DNA of 64,000 bases from Phoronis australis. Taxonomy: Eukaryota > Animalia > Phoronida. Position numbers and translations under genes: made by a program. The notes under the pieces are model-generated. The model saw nothing but the letters and a program-made list of their open reading frames with translations. It was not told the DNA's origin and did not search any database. Numbering within the stretch: the first letter of the stretch is position 1; each line of letters begins with the position of its first letter. Of this stretch, positions 26,501 through 36,500 are shown in pieces. The stretch is taken from NCBI GenBank assembly GCA_002633005.1, contig NMRA01000359.1:145430-209429 (forward strand), in the 5' to 3' direction.

Positions 26501-29500
26501 ATTTTAGACCAATGTTTGTGAATTTTTATGGGCTCAGAGAGGCTGTTTGTCAAAAATAGAAAATCTCAAAAAGAGACAAGTTTTCCTTCTATGCACTCTT
26601 TATCCCAATTTTTGTGAAATTATTACTTGCAGACAAAAAGGTTACAGAACATATTTACAACACTTTTGTGCTAAACAAATATTCTATGCCTAGGTCTGAG
26701 ATAAGGTGGCAGGCAGAGCTATACCAGACACTATTGAACGGTGGAAAAAATACCTACTTTGTTAACTTAACACTTGATGTAAAACTTCGTTGGTTTCAGT
26801 TTAGACTGTCACATAGGATAATCAGCTGGAACTCTTCTCTTAATGTCAAAATTGGGATCAGTAGCTCCCCCTTGTGTACGTTTTGTAAGAGTGAAACTGA
26901 GACTTTGCTTCACTTATATACTGGCAATGTGATGTTGTTCAAAATTTTTGGAACAATGTTGAAGATTGGGTTAGAAAAAAAAAACGGTATCTCCCGGGTT
27001 ACAAATGTACTCACAGTTTTCTTTGGAAACAGATGTAGAAGGCAGCCAATTCAAAATTCAATCTTGTTTCTTTGCAAGTTCCATTTATATAAGCAACGTC
27101 TCAATGGTAAACCTCCAAATTTAATTATAAACAAAAGAAATTAACAGTTATTACTCCAGTGAAAATTATATTTACTCAAAAAATTTACAAATGGAAAAAT
27201 TTATAAACAGGTGGTCACAAATGCATAATTTAATAGCAATGTAAGGGTATTTTATCATTCCAAAATACTATCTCTCTTTTTCAGAGCCATATACTAGTAC
27301 ACTGTCTGTCTTGTATGTTTTTTTTTTCTTTAAATGTATTTCTAAAATCCGGTTCAAGTATACATTTAACTTAGTAAACTTTAATTTCATTGAATTGTAA
27401 AGTAAGGCAAGGGAACCCCAGACCTTTGTCCTTGCTTATGTTGAACTGGGAGAATAAAAAAAGAATTCGAGAGATTACGTGAGATATTGCTGTGCATTTT
27501 AAATGAGAACACGTGACTTTAACTAGATTTTAGCTAGGTCCTAGCGTAGGTCCTGACGTTACTGAACGCACGCCAGATTCGATGCGTTAGCGGTGTCATT
27601 GGTCATTGTATATGCGCCGAACACGCAATGTAGTTTTAAAATATTGGTATTTTCCCCCAAATAATTACAATAGACGAATTTCCTTTGAATACCAGGAAAT
27701 TGTTCATAGGAGACTCGCACAAGACGATCAAACTCGGATCGAAGATATCGGAGTTTCGATGACCATGTTCAATGTCCTTGTCGAGTTTCCCATGTCTAAC
27801 GGATTATGGGGCTCAAAGCACGTGTGTTGGCACTCGTAGACAAAGGTTTCTGTGATACTACAACAGGCTAATACTGGAATGATTTAAATCCACGTTAGCA
27901 TGTCTAATAAATTCAGAAACAACCAGCGCAATGTTCGGTCTCCAGTACTCTCGCCAGTTGACAGTCGAGTACGTTCGATTGGCTGTGTTACTGAAGTCAG
28001 TTCAATTTCAGAGACGTTTTATGGACGGACGATTAATTGTTTTTAAACTTGTATGTTAATTCATTAGATTTGTATTTAGTAAATATGTTCTAAGCAATCC
28101 AGTTAGTGATTAGCGTAACGAAGTGTGGCTAATTTGGCTAACTTCTAAAAAAGTTATGAAATACATAATAGCTTCAAAGTTCAACGATAAAGCTTGTCAT
28201 ATGGTATAGTATATCAATGGTCTGGAAACAGTGGAGTACGGCTAGTCATCTACTACGTGGCTCGAAGTGTTACAAGACGATATTTTACAACAAATCATCA
28301 AGTCTCATTGTTACTAACGTCACAAATGATGTCACATAAATGAAACTTCTGCTAATTTCTCGTCGCACCACGTACGCATTTATAGACAATGAATTATTTA
28401 TAAACANCGGATTATGGGGCTCAAAGCACGTGTGTTGGCACTCGTAGACAAAGGTTTCTGTGATACTACAACAGGCTAATACTGGAATGATTTAAATCCA
28501 CGTTAGCATGTCTAATAAATTCAGAAACAACCAGCGCAATGTTCGGTCTCCAGTACTCTCGCCAGTTGACAGTCGAGTATGTTCGATTGGCTGTGTTACT
28601 GAAGTCAGTTCAATTTCAGAGACGTTTTATGGACGGACGATTAATTGTTTTTAAACTTGTATGTTAATTCATTAGATTTGTATTTAGTAAATATGTTCTA
28701 AGCAATCCAGTTAGTGATTAGCGTAACGAAGTGTGGCTAATTTGGCTAACTTCTAAAAAAGTTATGAAACACATAATAGCTTCAAAGTTCAACGATAAAG
28801 CTTGTCATATGGTATAGTATATCATTGGTCTGGAAACAATGGAGTACTGCTAGTCATCTACCACGTGGCTCGAAGTGTTACAAGACGATATTTTACAGCA
28901 AATCATCAGGTCTCATTGTTACTAACGTCACAAATGATGTCACATAAATGAAACTTCTGCTAATTTCTCGTCGCACCACGTACGCATTTATAGACAATGA
29001 ATTATTTATAAACAATTTCCCTATTTTCTTAACTCTTGGTAAACAACTCCAAATAGCATTAATGATTAATCAGAGACACTGGGACGGGAAAGCCGAGAGT
29101 AGGCACGCGCTACCTTTTCTTATCAACTGTCCTGATAACCCAGAAGAGGTGTACCAATGTCAATTTCTTTGTCAACAATTTGTTTGACATAGATTTCGTC
29201 AAGGTATAGCTTCTTTTCATTTCGATCTCGGCGCTTTTTTCTTTCTATGAAAAATGAAGAAGTGTACTCAGCATGTTTACATTCGGGGTGACACTGCTAC
29301 ATGTACAACTGCGCAAGCTTACTACCAGTAAAATCCCGCCAATTTTAAACACAATGTGGCCGACTCGTGAAATGCTATTTTTTCATGTTAACAAACGATA
29401 AGTAGCACAATATAAATTATATAACATTTTTAGATATCCACCCTCAGACAATAATTGTGGGAAATTGTTGGCGTTCATAACTATGGTTGAAGACTTTGAC

Positions 29501-31380
29501 AATGAAATTAGACCAATTTTGAAAAATCATTTTCGAGATTGTTGATAATTTACTGTACATTCATCAGAGTCCGTGAACAAAAACTTCAGTCGAGACTCGA
29601 TTATAGAAATGACTGACGAATGACATCAATCGGGCGATTTTCAAGATGAGTTTCAAGATGAATTTCGAGTAAAGTTTGGTGGCAAATAACATGTCATGTG
29701 TAACCAATGTACTCAATGACTGTAATGTCTGCATTTGATGTCGATGCTACATTGATCGATCAAGCCTATCGAATGTTTGATGAATGAGGGTGCCTGGCAA
29801 TTTATGCCAACGTGAGAAGAAAATTTCTGTCATGCAACGCAAATAACAATGTCTTGTTTGACAGCGTCCACCAAATGCTGAACTATCTCTCCAGCATAAA
29901 AAATTATGTTCCTTGTAACAACGAGTTATTTTGGCATTTGCTATAAGCCTATCGTCTATAAGATATTCTATGCAAAGGCGCATTTTTTTCTAACAACCTT
30001 ATTACATTTAGTGTGGCTACAGGTCAGTTGCTGAGAAGTACACGTTGTCGACTTTTAGCTCTACGCTCAGACATTTAATTAGAAATGTGAGCGCCATCTT
30101 TTCAATGTCTCGACTGAGTCATGTACATCAACTGTCAACAAGGTGACGTCACTGTCTGATAACCTGGCAATATACGGTAGGTGAGCTAAAGGCACGTGAT
30201 CTTGCTTATCTTCAATTGAATTTTTCAATGCGTATATACAATCCAATGTATTCGACCTTGAGGCAAAAAGGATGATCTGAACTTTGGTGACGAATGTGTC
30301 CTTTTTCAAATGCGTCTAAAAACGGGACAGAAACTTGAGAGATATTCACACTTGGTTATTTGACTGATCAATAAGCAAGTTTATATACTATAGATTACAA
30401 TTTCTGAAAGTAGGAAGTCTGCAGAATTAGATTTTTGACCTCATACCAATCTCAGTGCCATTAACTGAGTCACACTTAATTAAGTTCAGCAACATATAAA
30501 GGTACTACCATAGCAAAATACCCGGGTATCAAAACAAGATTAAAATCGTTTGATTTTCATGTTTAAGGTTAAATCTCAAAAAACAGTCTTCTAAATTTCG
30601 TTTTTGTTTTTTTTTTCATGCAAGTCTTGATTTTCTTCAAAAAATCATGAAAGACATATTTCTTTATAGCCCCTCATGCAAAAACGGAACCTTTTAAAAT
30701 AATTAATAATTGTCTGTCGGAGAACAATGTATAATCTGAAAGTTTCGTATCGTCTGCTCCGCCATTTCTAAGATGTGATGTTCTGAATGTTCCTAAATTT
30801 CGACAATTTTTCCACATTTAAAATGAAACGAACGACGGAAGACATGTAAGTCAATGTGGGAACTACCAATGACATGTTGCACTGACGCACACACAAACAT
30901 ACTGCTGATTTCAGGTAAATCCAAATATCGCGTGCTAACAGACACCGGTACGACGGTTAACAAATTGCGGTTTGTCAAATCTTGCACCCCATCTGGAGGT
31001 GCAGTGTTTGAAAATTACGGTGACAAACCAGCAAATCAACTGCACAACGACGTATCAAACATATAGACTGAGTTTATTTCGTAATACATATAAGATGTCA
31101 ATATCGAACTATGCACCAAAAAGACAATGAATAATCTCGGCTCGTGACCCACTTATGACTTATTATGCCGGCTACAGCGTAAATGCGTCGCTCATGAGGT
31201 GCGACGACGCAGCATGAGACAGCACCTTGTCTTACAGCACGAGAGAAAAATCTACAACCCACAAGTATATTGTTAATAAAATATTCAGCAAACGAATTTT
31301 TTACCTCCAGCGGTGCCTTGCCTTGGTACAGCTAAGAAAACCACGAGAATAGTATACAATGACATCGTTCCCTCCGCCAT
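2516..31380 (-). CDS. mesh: Mesh/SUSD2/MUC4-family type I membrane protein (signal peptide-NIDO-IPT/TIG-AMOP-VWD-Sushi-TM-long charged cytoplasmic tail), 20 exons, about 1239 aa
   Basis: Phase-consistent GT-AG exons (minus strand): 31380-31305 (MAEGTMSLYTILVVFLAVPRQGTAG, signal peptide), 24523-24408, 24126-23953 (VSTNGFVIF..FLAPYY), 22873-22721, 22274-22131 (NTFQAAIVTDGQSTYSIFNY..W, NIDO core), 21883-21712 (AGFNLGNG), 21199-21097 (GSVYGGEDLYVSGPC, IPT), 20007-19859, 19311-19163, 18730-18570, 17420-17139 (SCPCTLSQARADLGRW..HKGARHCVRS, AMOP), 16486-16218 (GAGNQCCY..PYYYCC), 15468-15331 (AYGDPHFTTFDNFTYTFNGKGEF, VWD), 13657-13475, 13090-12954, 12573-12450 (TEGLFGSWDDDAANDL), 12276-12013, 11746-11555 (Sushi), 3656-3497 (TM AGIAIGVILILAVIAVVLVYIFVI-RKR), 3089-2516 (tail). 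The exons sum to 3720 nt in one frame. Confidence 0.92.
3726..3894. mobile_element. MITE, GGCGGATCC family (second, allelic copy)
   Basis: CATAGGCGGATCCAG ... CCTGGGTCCGCCCCTG. Confidence 0.8.
4237..4280. repeat. Degenerate (CT)n microsatellite
   Basis: ccctctctctctatctttctatctcttcccctctctctt. Confidence 0.7.
8193..8602. mobile_element. Foldback MITE with 32-bp perfect TIRs and an internal ~22-bp minisatellite
   Basis: TATGAAGCGCCAAAGGGTTCTTAAACGAGTAA at 8193 and its exact reverse complement ending at 8602. Tandem units like GCTTAATCTACGCGTACTTTT lie at about 8245-8435. Confidence 0.9.
8748..8825. mobile_element. Short GC-rich MITE (GGCGGCGCAGCA...TGGTGCGCCGCC)
   Basis: Imperfect inverted termini with G-run/C-run interior, typical of short DNA-transposon derivatives. 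Confidence 0.6.
8981..9232 (+). mobile_element. MITE with TGCGCGTACCCAGG...CCTGGGTACGCGCA TIRs
   Basis: 14-bp TIRs visible; a second, inverted family member lies at 9902-10145. Confidence 0.8.
9902..10145 (-). mobile_element. Inverted, diverged copy of the 8981-9232 MITE
   Basis: Its reverse complement shares TTTTTAGTGGACTTTTGTCTCGTTTTCTACTTT and flanking blocks with about 9000-9170; ends are CATGCGC...GCGCATG. Confidence 0.8.
13294..13452. mobile_element. MITE, GGCGGATC family
   Basis: TAGTGGCGGATCTAG ... CCTGGATCCGTCCCTG. Confidence 0.8.
13863..15278. mobile_element. Non-autonomous TTAA-flanked Kolobok-like DNA transposon with a KolX-like N-terminal remnant
   Basis: TTAA-AGGAGAATGCCACCCAA at 13863 and TTGGGTGGCATGCTCCT-TTAA ending at 15278 (16/17 TIR match). 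The minus-strand peptide GYQFEQEYSDEELLERRREQA (14077->14015), followed by a frameshifted RL-DTSW, resembles the PYxFEPEY..EEL / RLGNTxWC start of KolX-type proteins. Confidence 0.75.
15682..15760 (+). mobile_element. Partial copy of the GCGTTCAGTA(A/G)CGCT MITE family
   Basis: GTTCAGTAACGCTGGGACCTCACTA...GCGTGATTTTGGCTAGA matches 47383-47470. Confidence 0.65.
20973..21021. repeat. (CA)n-(CG)n-N-(TG)n microsatellite spanning a gap
   Basis: acacacacatacacgcgcgcgcat-n-tgtgtgtg... Confidence 0.85.
24165..24300. repeat. Degenerate (CAT/CGT)n trinucleotide repeat in a mesh intron
   Basis: gtcgtcatcagtatcgtc...tcatcatcatcaacgcc...catcgtcatcatcgtc. Confidence 0.7.
25500..25875 (-). mobile_element. 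3' end of a non-LTR retrotransposon ORF2 (RTE-X/CR1-like C-terminal CCHC region)
   Basis: FRCANHKLEAETGRRNKI..RICFFCNMNYVEDELHFVLVC..DLRQQY is the characteristic LINE C-terminal motif. Confidence 0.85.
26371..27576. mobile_element. GCGTTCAGTA-family MITE split by a LINE insertion (left half 26371-26414, right half 27463-27576)
   Basis: The two halves reconstitute the intact copy at 47383-47495. Confidence 0.75.
26415..27462 (+). mobile_element. 5'-truncated L1/Tx1-type LINE (zf-RVT C-terminal region, 3' UTR, A-tail), degenerate
   Basis: KLRWFQFRLSHRII..KIGISSSPLCTFCKSETETLLHL (frameshift) WQCDVVQNFW..CKFHLYKQRLNGKPP; ends AATAAAAAAA at 27453-27462. Confidence 0.9.
27800..29014. repeat. Apparent tandem duplication 27800-28406 / 28408-29014 joined by a single N (probable artefact)
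   Basis: Near-identical 607-bp copies; N at 28407. Confidence 0.9.
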
Positions 31381-31428
31381 GACAGTCACTATTACCGCCA
31401 AAGTTTGCCAGTGTACACACTAGGTAAC

Positions 31429-31510
31429 TGATAAATACGTCTGGATTAATGATAACAAATTTTGTATTTATCTAGTTGGCTCGCCTTAACAAATGGGTGA
31501 GTCATTATCT
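31429..31510. promoter_or_regulatory. Cluster of four WGATAR sites plus an AP-1 site just upstream of the mesh start codon
   Basis: TGATAA 31429 and 31450, TTATCT 31468 and 31505, TGAGTCA 31498. Confidence 0.45.
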
Positions 31511-33544
31511 GTACCTACAACGGTGTTGTGTAGGTAGAAAAGACAATACGATGACCTAATGTTAATGAACTTTTATTTCTAATAATGCTTTTATACTGGA
31601 TAGACAAAGCTCGTAAAGTACACACAAGCAGACGTCAAATTTATGTTGACCTATAAAACGATAAACGGCGACAAGCGTTCGTTAATAGTACAATAATTTT
31701 TTTTTAGTTTAATTGCTTGGCACTAAACTACGGTATATCATTCGACAACAGGCTCATCTTTCTCATCTTTAAATGTAGTGATTATAAGTGAGCTAGGTTA
31801 TGATGCATAAAACAGTTACAGGTATAAATGACTAGTGGTTGGTTGCGTTAGCGTTCGATACTGTATATTAGTCCCGTGCCCACGGAGACAAATGTCAAAT
31901 CGTCTACAAACTGAGCGAACATTCAAAAAATTGATTGACTACGAAAAGGTGTTACAAACTTTCCTGGCATTAGTGGTGACGCGTTAATAATTGAATGCGT
32001 TATTCACATACCCTACACTCCCTCCCTCCCCCTGTGTTGATGACCGGAGTGCTCCAGGCGTGGGAGGAGATAGGAGAAATAAGATTTATCGTCGAATCTA
32101 AAATATCCCGAAGGCGGCGGTGGTCTAACTTTCAACACTTGGGATCGTACGTTGGACATTGCAGTAGAAATACCATTTCGAAAAATGGCGAGTATGCACT
32201 GTTTGATCTCCCGGTACAGTGTGGGTAATAAAAAAATTATAACCAAGAAAAATTGATAAGCTGTGGCACCAAATTTCAGAGTTGTATTTTGAGCCTTTGC
32301 AGAGTAATGATGCCAAAAAATTAGTTGAATGGATTTTGAGTTGAGCTGGAGAATAAAATACTCCACGCAAAGACTAAAAACGTTTTACTTTTTTATTTTT
32401 GCCGTGCATCACTTCTAGACACGATGCCCGAACAGCCTAAAATTGAGAGTACATTGGAAAAAACATCAGTTTTTGCATTCACTGGATGGCCGGTGAAATT
32501 CTGTTTCTTTTGAAGGTTTTTCATTTAATAACGAAGAGCGTAATTTTTGAGAGACTAGCTTTTATGATCACAAATACCGTGACGAGAGTTTTTGTGCCGG
32601 TTTCGTGGAGATTATCTGTAGCCAACAGCAAAGACGGATTTGAAGGTCCATAAAGTATTAGCAACTGTGAAGTTTCTGATACCAACACGTTGCAGGTTAA
32701 ACTTACCATTCGAATGCGTCAAAATTCACGTTACAACACCTCAATTCTGATTTTTGGAAATGGTTCCCACTCCTCCTTTTGGATACCGTGATTCTCGTAT
32801 TGTTTACGGGTACTCTCTTAGTAAGGCGTTTGACACTGGAACAAGGGATTTTAAAGAATGGATGGTGTGGTTCACGTGTCCCTCAGCCGTTTTGAAGGTT
32901 GTGTATGAGAAACCTTAGGCTTGTGAAGGGTTCGGTGCTTTCTGATTTTCGTGTTGTAGGCTATATGTCTGCAAAAATTGTCCTATGTTTCAACTCATAA
33001 TTTTCGTTCATAACTGGGGCCTATAAACTCATCTTGCTACGAAATTGATGCTTTGATGCAGGTTGAAATTCCAGACGGCAATATAGGCCCCCTAGGGCCT
33101 ATCATTATTCGACTCCCTGGTAATCAACAAAGTCTTGAATTTTGGCGTTGGTTGCTGAAATTCTTACAGAAGTCCTGAACTGTATTCCCTGTGCCCAAGA
33201 CAGTCGCAAGAAAACCTTGTGTGATATCGCTTGTAGTCGTATCGCGAAAATTTGCATGATCTCATATCTAGGAAACACAGCCCTGCAGTGAGGTACGCCT
33301 ACCCAGTGTTTTAACATCCTCATTTGGAGAGGGAGGCTACGTTAACAATCTGGAAAAGTTGTTGTTGATTTGAGTTGTTTTAACCATCCTGAGGCAGATT
33401 TAAATTCATTTTGGGAACACGTAATTGACTCATGCAACAGATTAAATATTATCGTTGACTGTCGATAGAGGTCAGGAGGTAACCACTATGACAGCGCCAT
33501 CTATCGTTGAACAAATAGCAGACGACTTTTCGACCACTTAAAAA

Positions 33545-36500
33545 ATGTCCACTTCTTTAGCCAGCGGCAACAGTTTTAAGTTGGACATCATATGTAGTAG
33601 TGCTCAGGAATTACAACAAGGTACTAGCGAAACGCATATGGGGTACAATTTTGTAAACTCACGCACGCGAGTTCTGGATTTCCGAGTGAGAAAATGAAAA
33701 ATCCAAACTTGGTCAGTTGGTCCGAGCAGAGGCAGACGAGAAGTAGGCCTACTTGACAGTGACAACTATCCCACTCTTAGCGAGACCGTGCACCTCTCTG
33801 AATTTTTTCCTGCGTCCCACCACAGAAGAAGAATGACCAGCTCTTTTTCACTCGCCACGAAATTTACGTATTAGGCCTAACGCAAAGTTTTTTTCCTTTT
33901 TTGTGATTTGTCACATTGTGTAGCCTAATCCCGTTCTGCGTTGTCACGAAGTCGAAGGTATTAGTCTGTGCTGGCCAGATTATCTATTGATCAAAGTAAA
34001 CTGTAGCTTATCTTAGGGCCCCTGTACAAACTATGGGCCCCACCTCGAAGCCAACTAGTGCGCGAGAAGGCACATTAAGTGAAAACCCTGTCGCCGGGGT
34101 TAGCTTAAAAATTATGATGACCCGGGGTAAAAAATCGAGGCTTTTAAAAATTGTCAGGGGTCCTAAACCTAGACTCTTTGTTGCCCATGGACCCTAGATA
34201 CCTTAATCTGACATTGGTCAGTCATGATATATTTGCTATACACCGGTGAACTCGACTTATAAAGCACAAAATATTTTGCAGAAAGAAACTGCCTTGAAAA
34301 GAAACTCAACGACCTTAGACAAAAGCGCCATGGTCTTGAAACAACAGCTAACACGAGTAAGCTCGCCGTTCGTTACGATTTCTGTTACATCTAGCTCCTT
34401 GAGAATTTTAACTTAACGTGATCTGGAGTTCCTACAGTGAATGAAAACGAGACTGACACAAGATTCTTACCAGTGGTTTATTTTGAAAGGAACTGGCATT
34501 TAGCCTACGATTTTAGTTAACGGTATTACCATAGAATACGTGTATTACTATTCACAAAGAACAAGAAGAGAATAATTCGAAAGTGTATTTTCTCCAGTTT
34601 CAGGGAAATTAAACCAGGCCTCTGATACCAACAACAAAATGTTAGGTAGGTATCCGTGGACTTAATATTCTGCTCAGTAAAGATTCACTCACTGTGACCC
34701 GAATTCAAGAACTGTCTGGGAATGTAAATTTCACTTGACCCGGAGGACTTTTGTCTAGCTAGTGAAATACGAAAAAAAAATGTACAGATGGCCTTCAACA
34801 GGTACAGTAAACTTAAATGAGGTTTTCAACTGGCCACCAATCACTCATCTTCGGACTGAAAAATATTGAGACATTTAGTAGAATGGAAGCCTCATGAAGC
34901 AATGTATTAGTCAACTTGTGCACAGGTCGCCAAATCTTACCAATTCCCCCACCGACACAAGTTTCACATTTCCAACATTCGTCAACGGCAGATTTCACAC
35001 CGTTACCCCTGTAACCAAGGCCGTTCATCGAATTCTGTTTCGTCGTTTTTGGCATCGTGCTATGCTCTTTCCTTCATCGGAAATTTATCCAGTGTATATC
35101 TTATTGGGATGCCATGACATGGATGACTGTACATTGTTACGAACATTGTGGTTTTGTGTTCAGTATGCTTGTATTCTAACAAATTCCAGAGACCTTAAAA
35201 GTGGCGCGTCACAAAGCCGATCAAGCTCAGGAGCAATCAAACAGGTGAATTAACAACTTTTTTTTATACAGTGGGTAAAACTACATGTATAGCTAGAGGC
35301 TGCGTGAAATACTTGTGATGAGTTCGAACTTAACGTTCCGACACAAACTGAGTTCGTTTTAGCAGGTTATGTGTGCTTTGTCGCGTTGCAAAAATAACAA
35401 AAACATGACCGATAAAAACACCGGTCTGTCTAAAATGAAATTGATAACGCAGGAAGGATTTGCACAGCAAGGGCAGGTATAAGCCAACCTAAAAAGGGTA
35501 CTCCCCGGCTTTGAGCTCTGCTCCGTAGGCGTACGAAGCGTCGAGCAGGGGAACGAATCCCCACCCAGGTACAATGTTGGGAGGTGGAGACAGGTCCAGC
35601 GGCCGGCCTCAGTAATGAGAAAAAGGGACTTATGGAGGGTAAGGCATCTGCCTATAGTGGTTAATAACTCTATACTGGAAAATTTCCCAATATGTATAAG
35701 AAAATGCAACTTGGCCTGATTTTTTTTCTAAATGCAGTCCATTGAATTAAACCACACCCATTCAATGCACAATGTTCACGTAAAGAAGAAACTGTCCCAC
35801 TCAATAAAGTTGTCGTTGGTGCATGCCTATTGGCAGATTGTCCATAAAGCTAATAAGGTACAGCTAACAGAGGGCCTCCCGAGTAAAGCTAGTTGGATCA
35901 CACCGTACTTTTCTTGGTGATATCTCGCGAAGACTTGTTTCTACGCGTCTATGGAACGCACCCCACTGGATTGCCCTCTCATTTCTACAAGGACATCTCA
36001 ACCGTTGTAACTACCGGGAGTACTGAGCTAGTCGAAAATTTTGACGACCGAGGAAGGGATGTTGGGGGTAGATCAAAAATTGTAGCGACCGGGAGATGCC
36101 TTGAAATATGTGATGACCAGTGCTTCTACTGACCTATGAGCAACCTTAATCCGGCACGTGCGCACTGGCCTGTCAAACTCGTCTGGTTACGCAACTGAAA
36201 GTACAATTTAATGACTATAGTTTCCTAATTTTATTATCAACCTTCCGCTCTTAGGCCTATCTGCAAAGTCTAGTACAGTCCAGGGAAGTATTTCTCAGGG
36301 ATGTGCGTTTACTTTCGAATGAAACCATTTTGTCTACTAAAGCTCCCTGGAACGACAAAAACAGACTAAATTGCATTATTCAAAGTGGTTTTCTGCCACT
36401 GAACCAGAATTCAACGTGTCCACCACTTATTTATAAGGTTTGCTGAATTTCTGTTCATGTCAAAGCCTTTTCCTTTTAATTTCAAATTTAAAAAACGATC

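Noticed and set aside
35359-36160. GC-richer block with 60-116 aa ORFs in SYCE1 intron 4
   Set aside because: No recognisable protein or RNA motif in the frames I read; probably an unclassified repeat and cannot be supported further.
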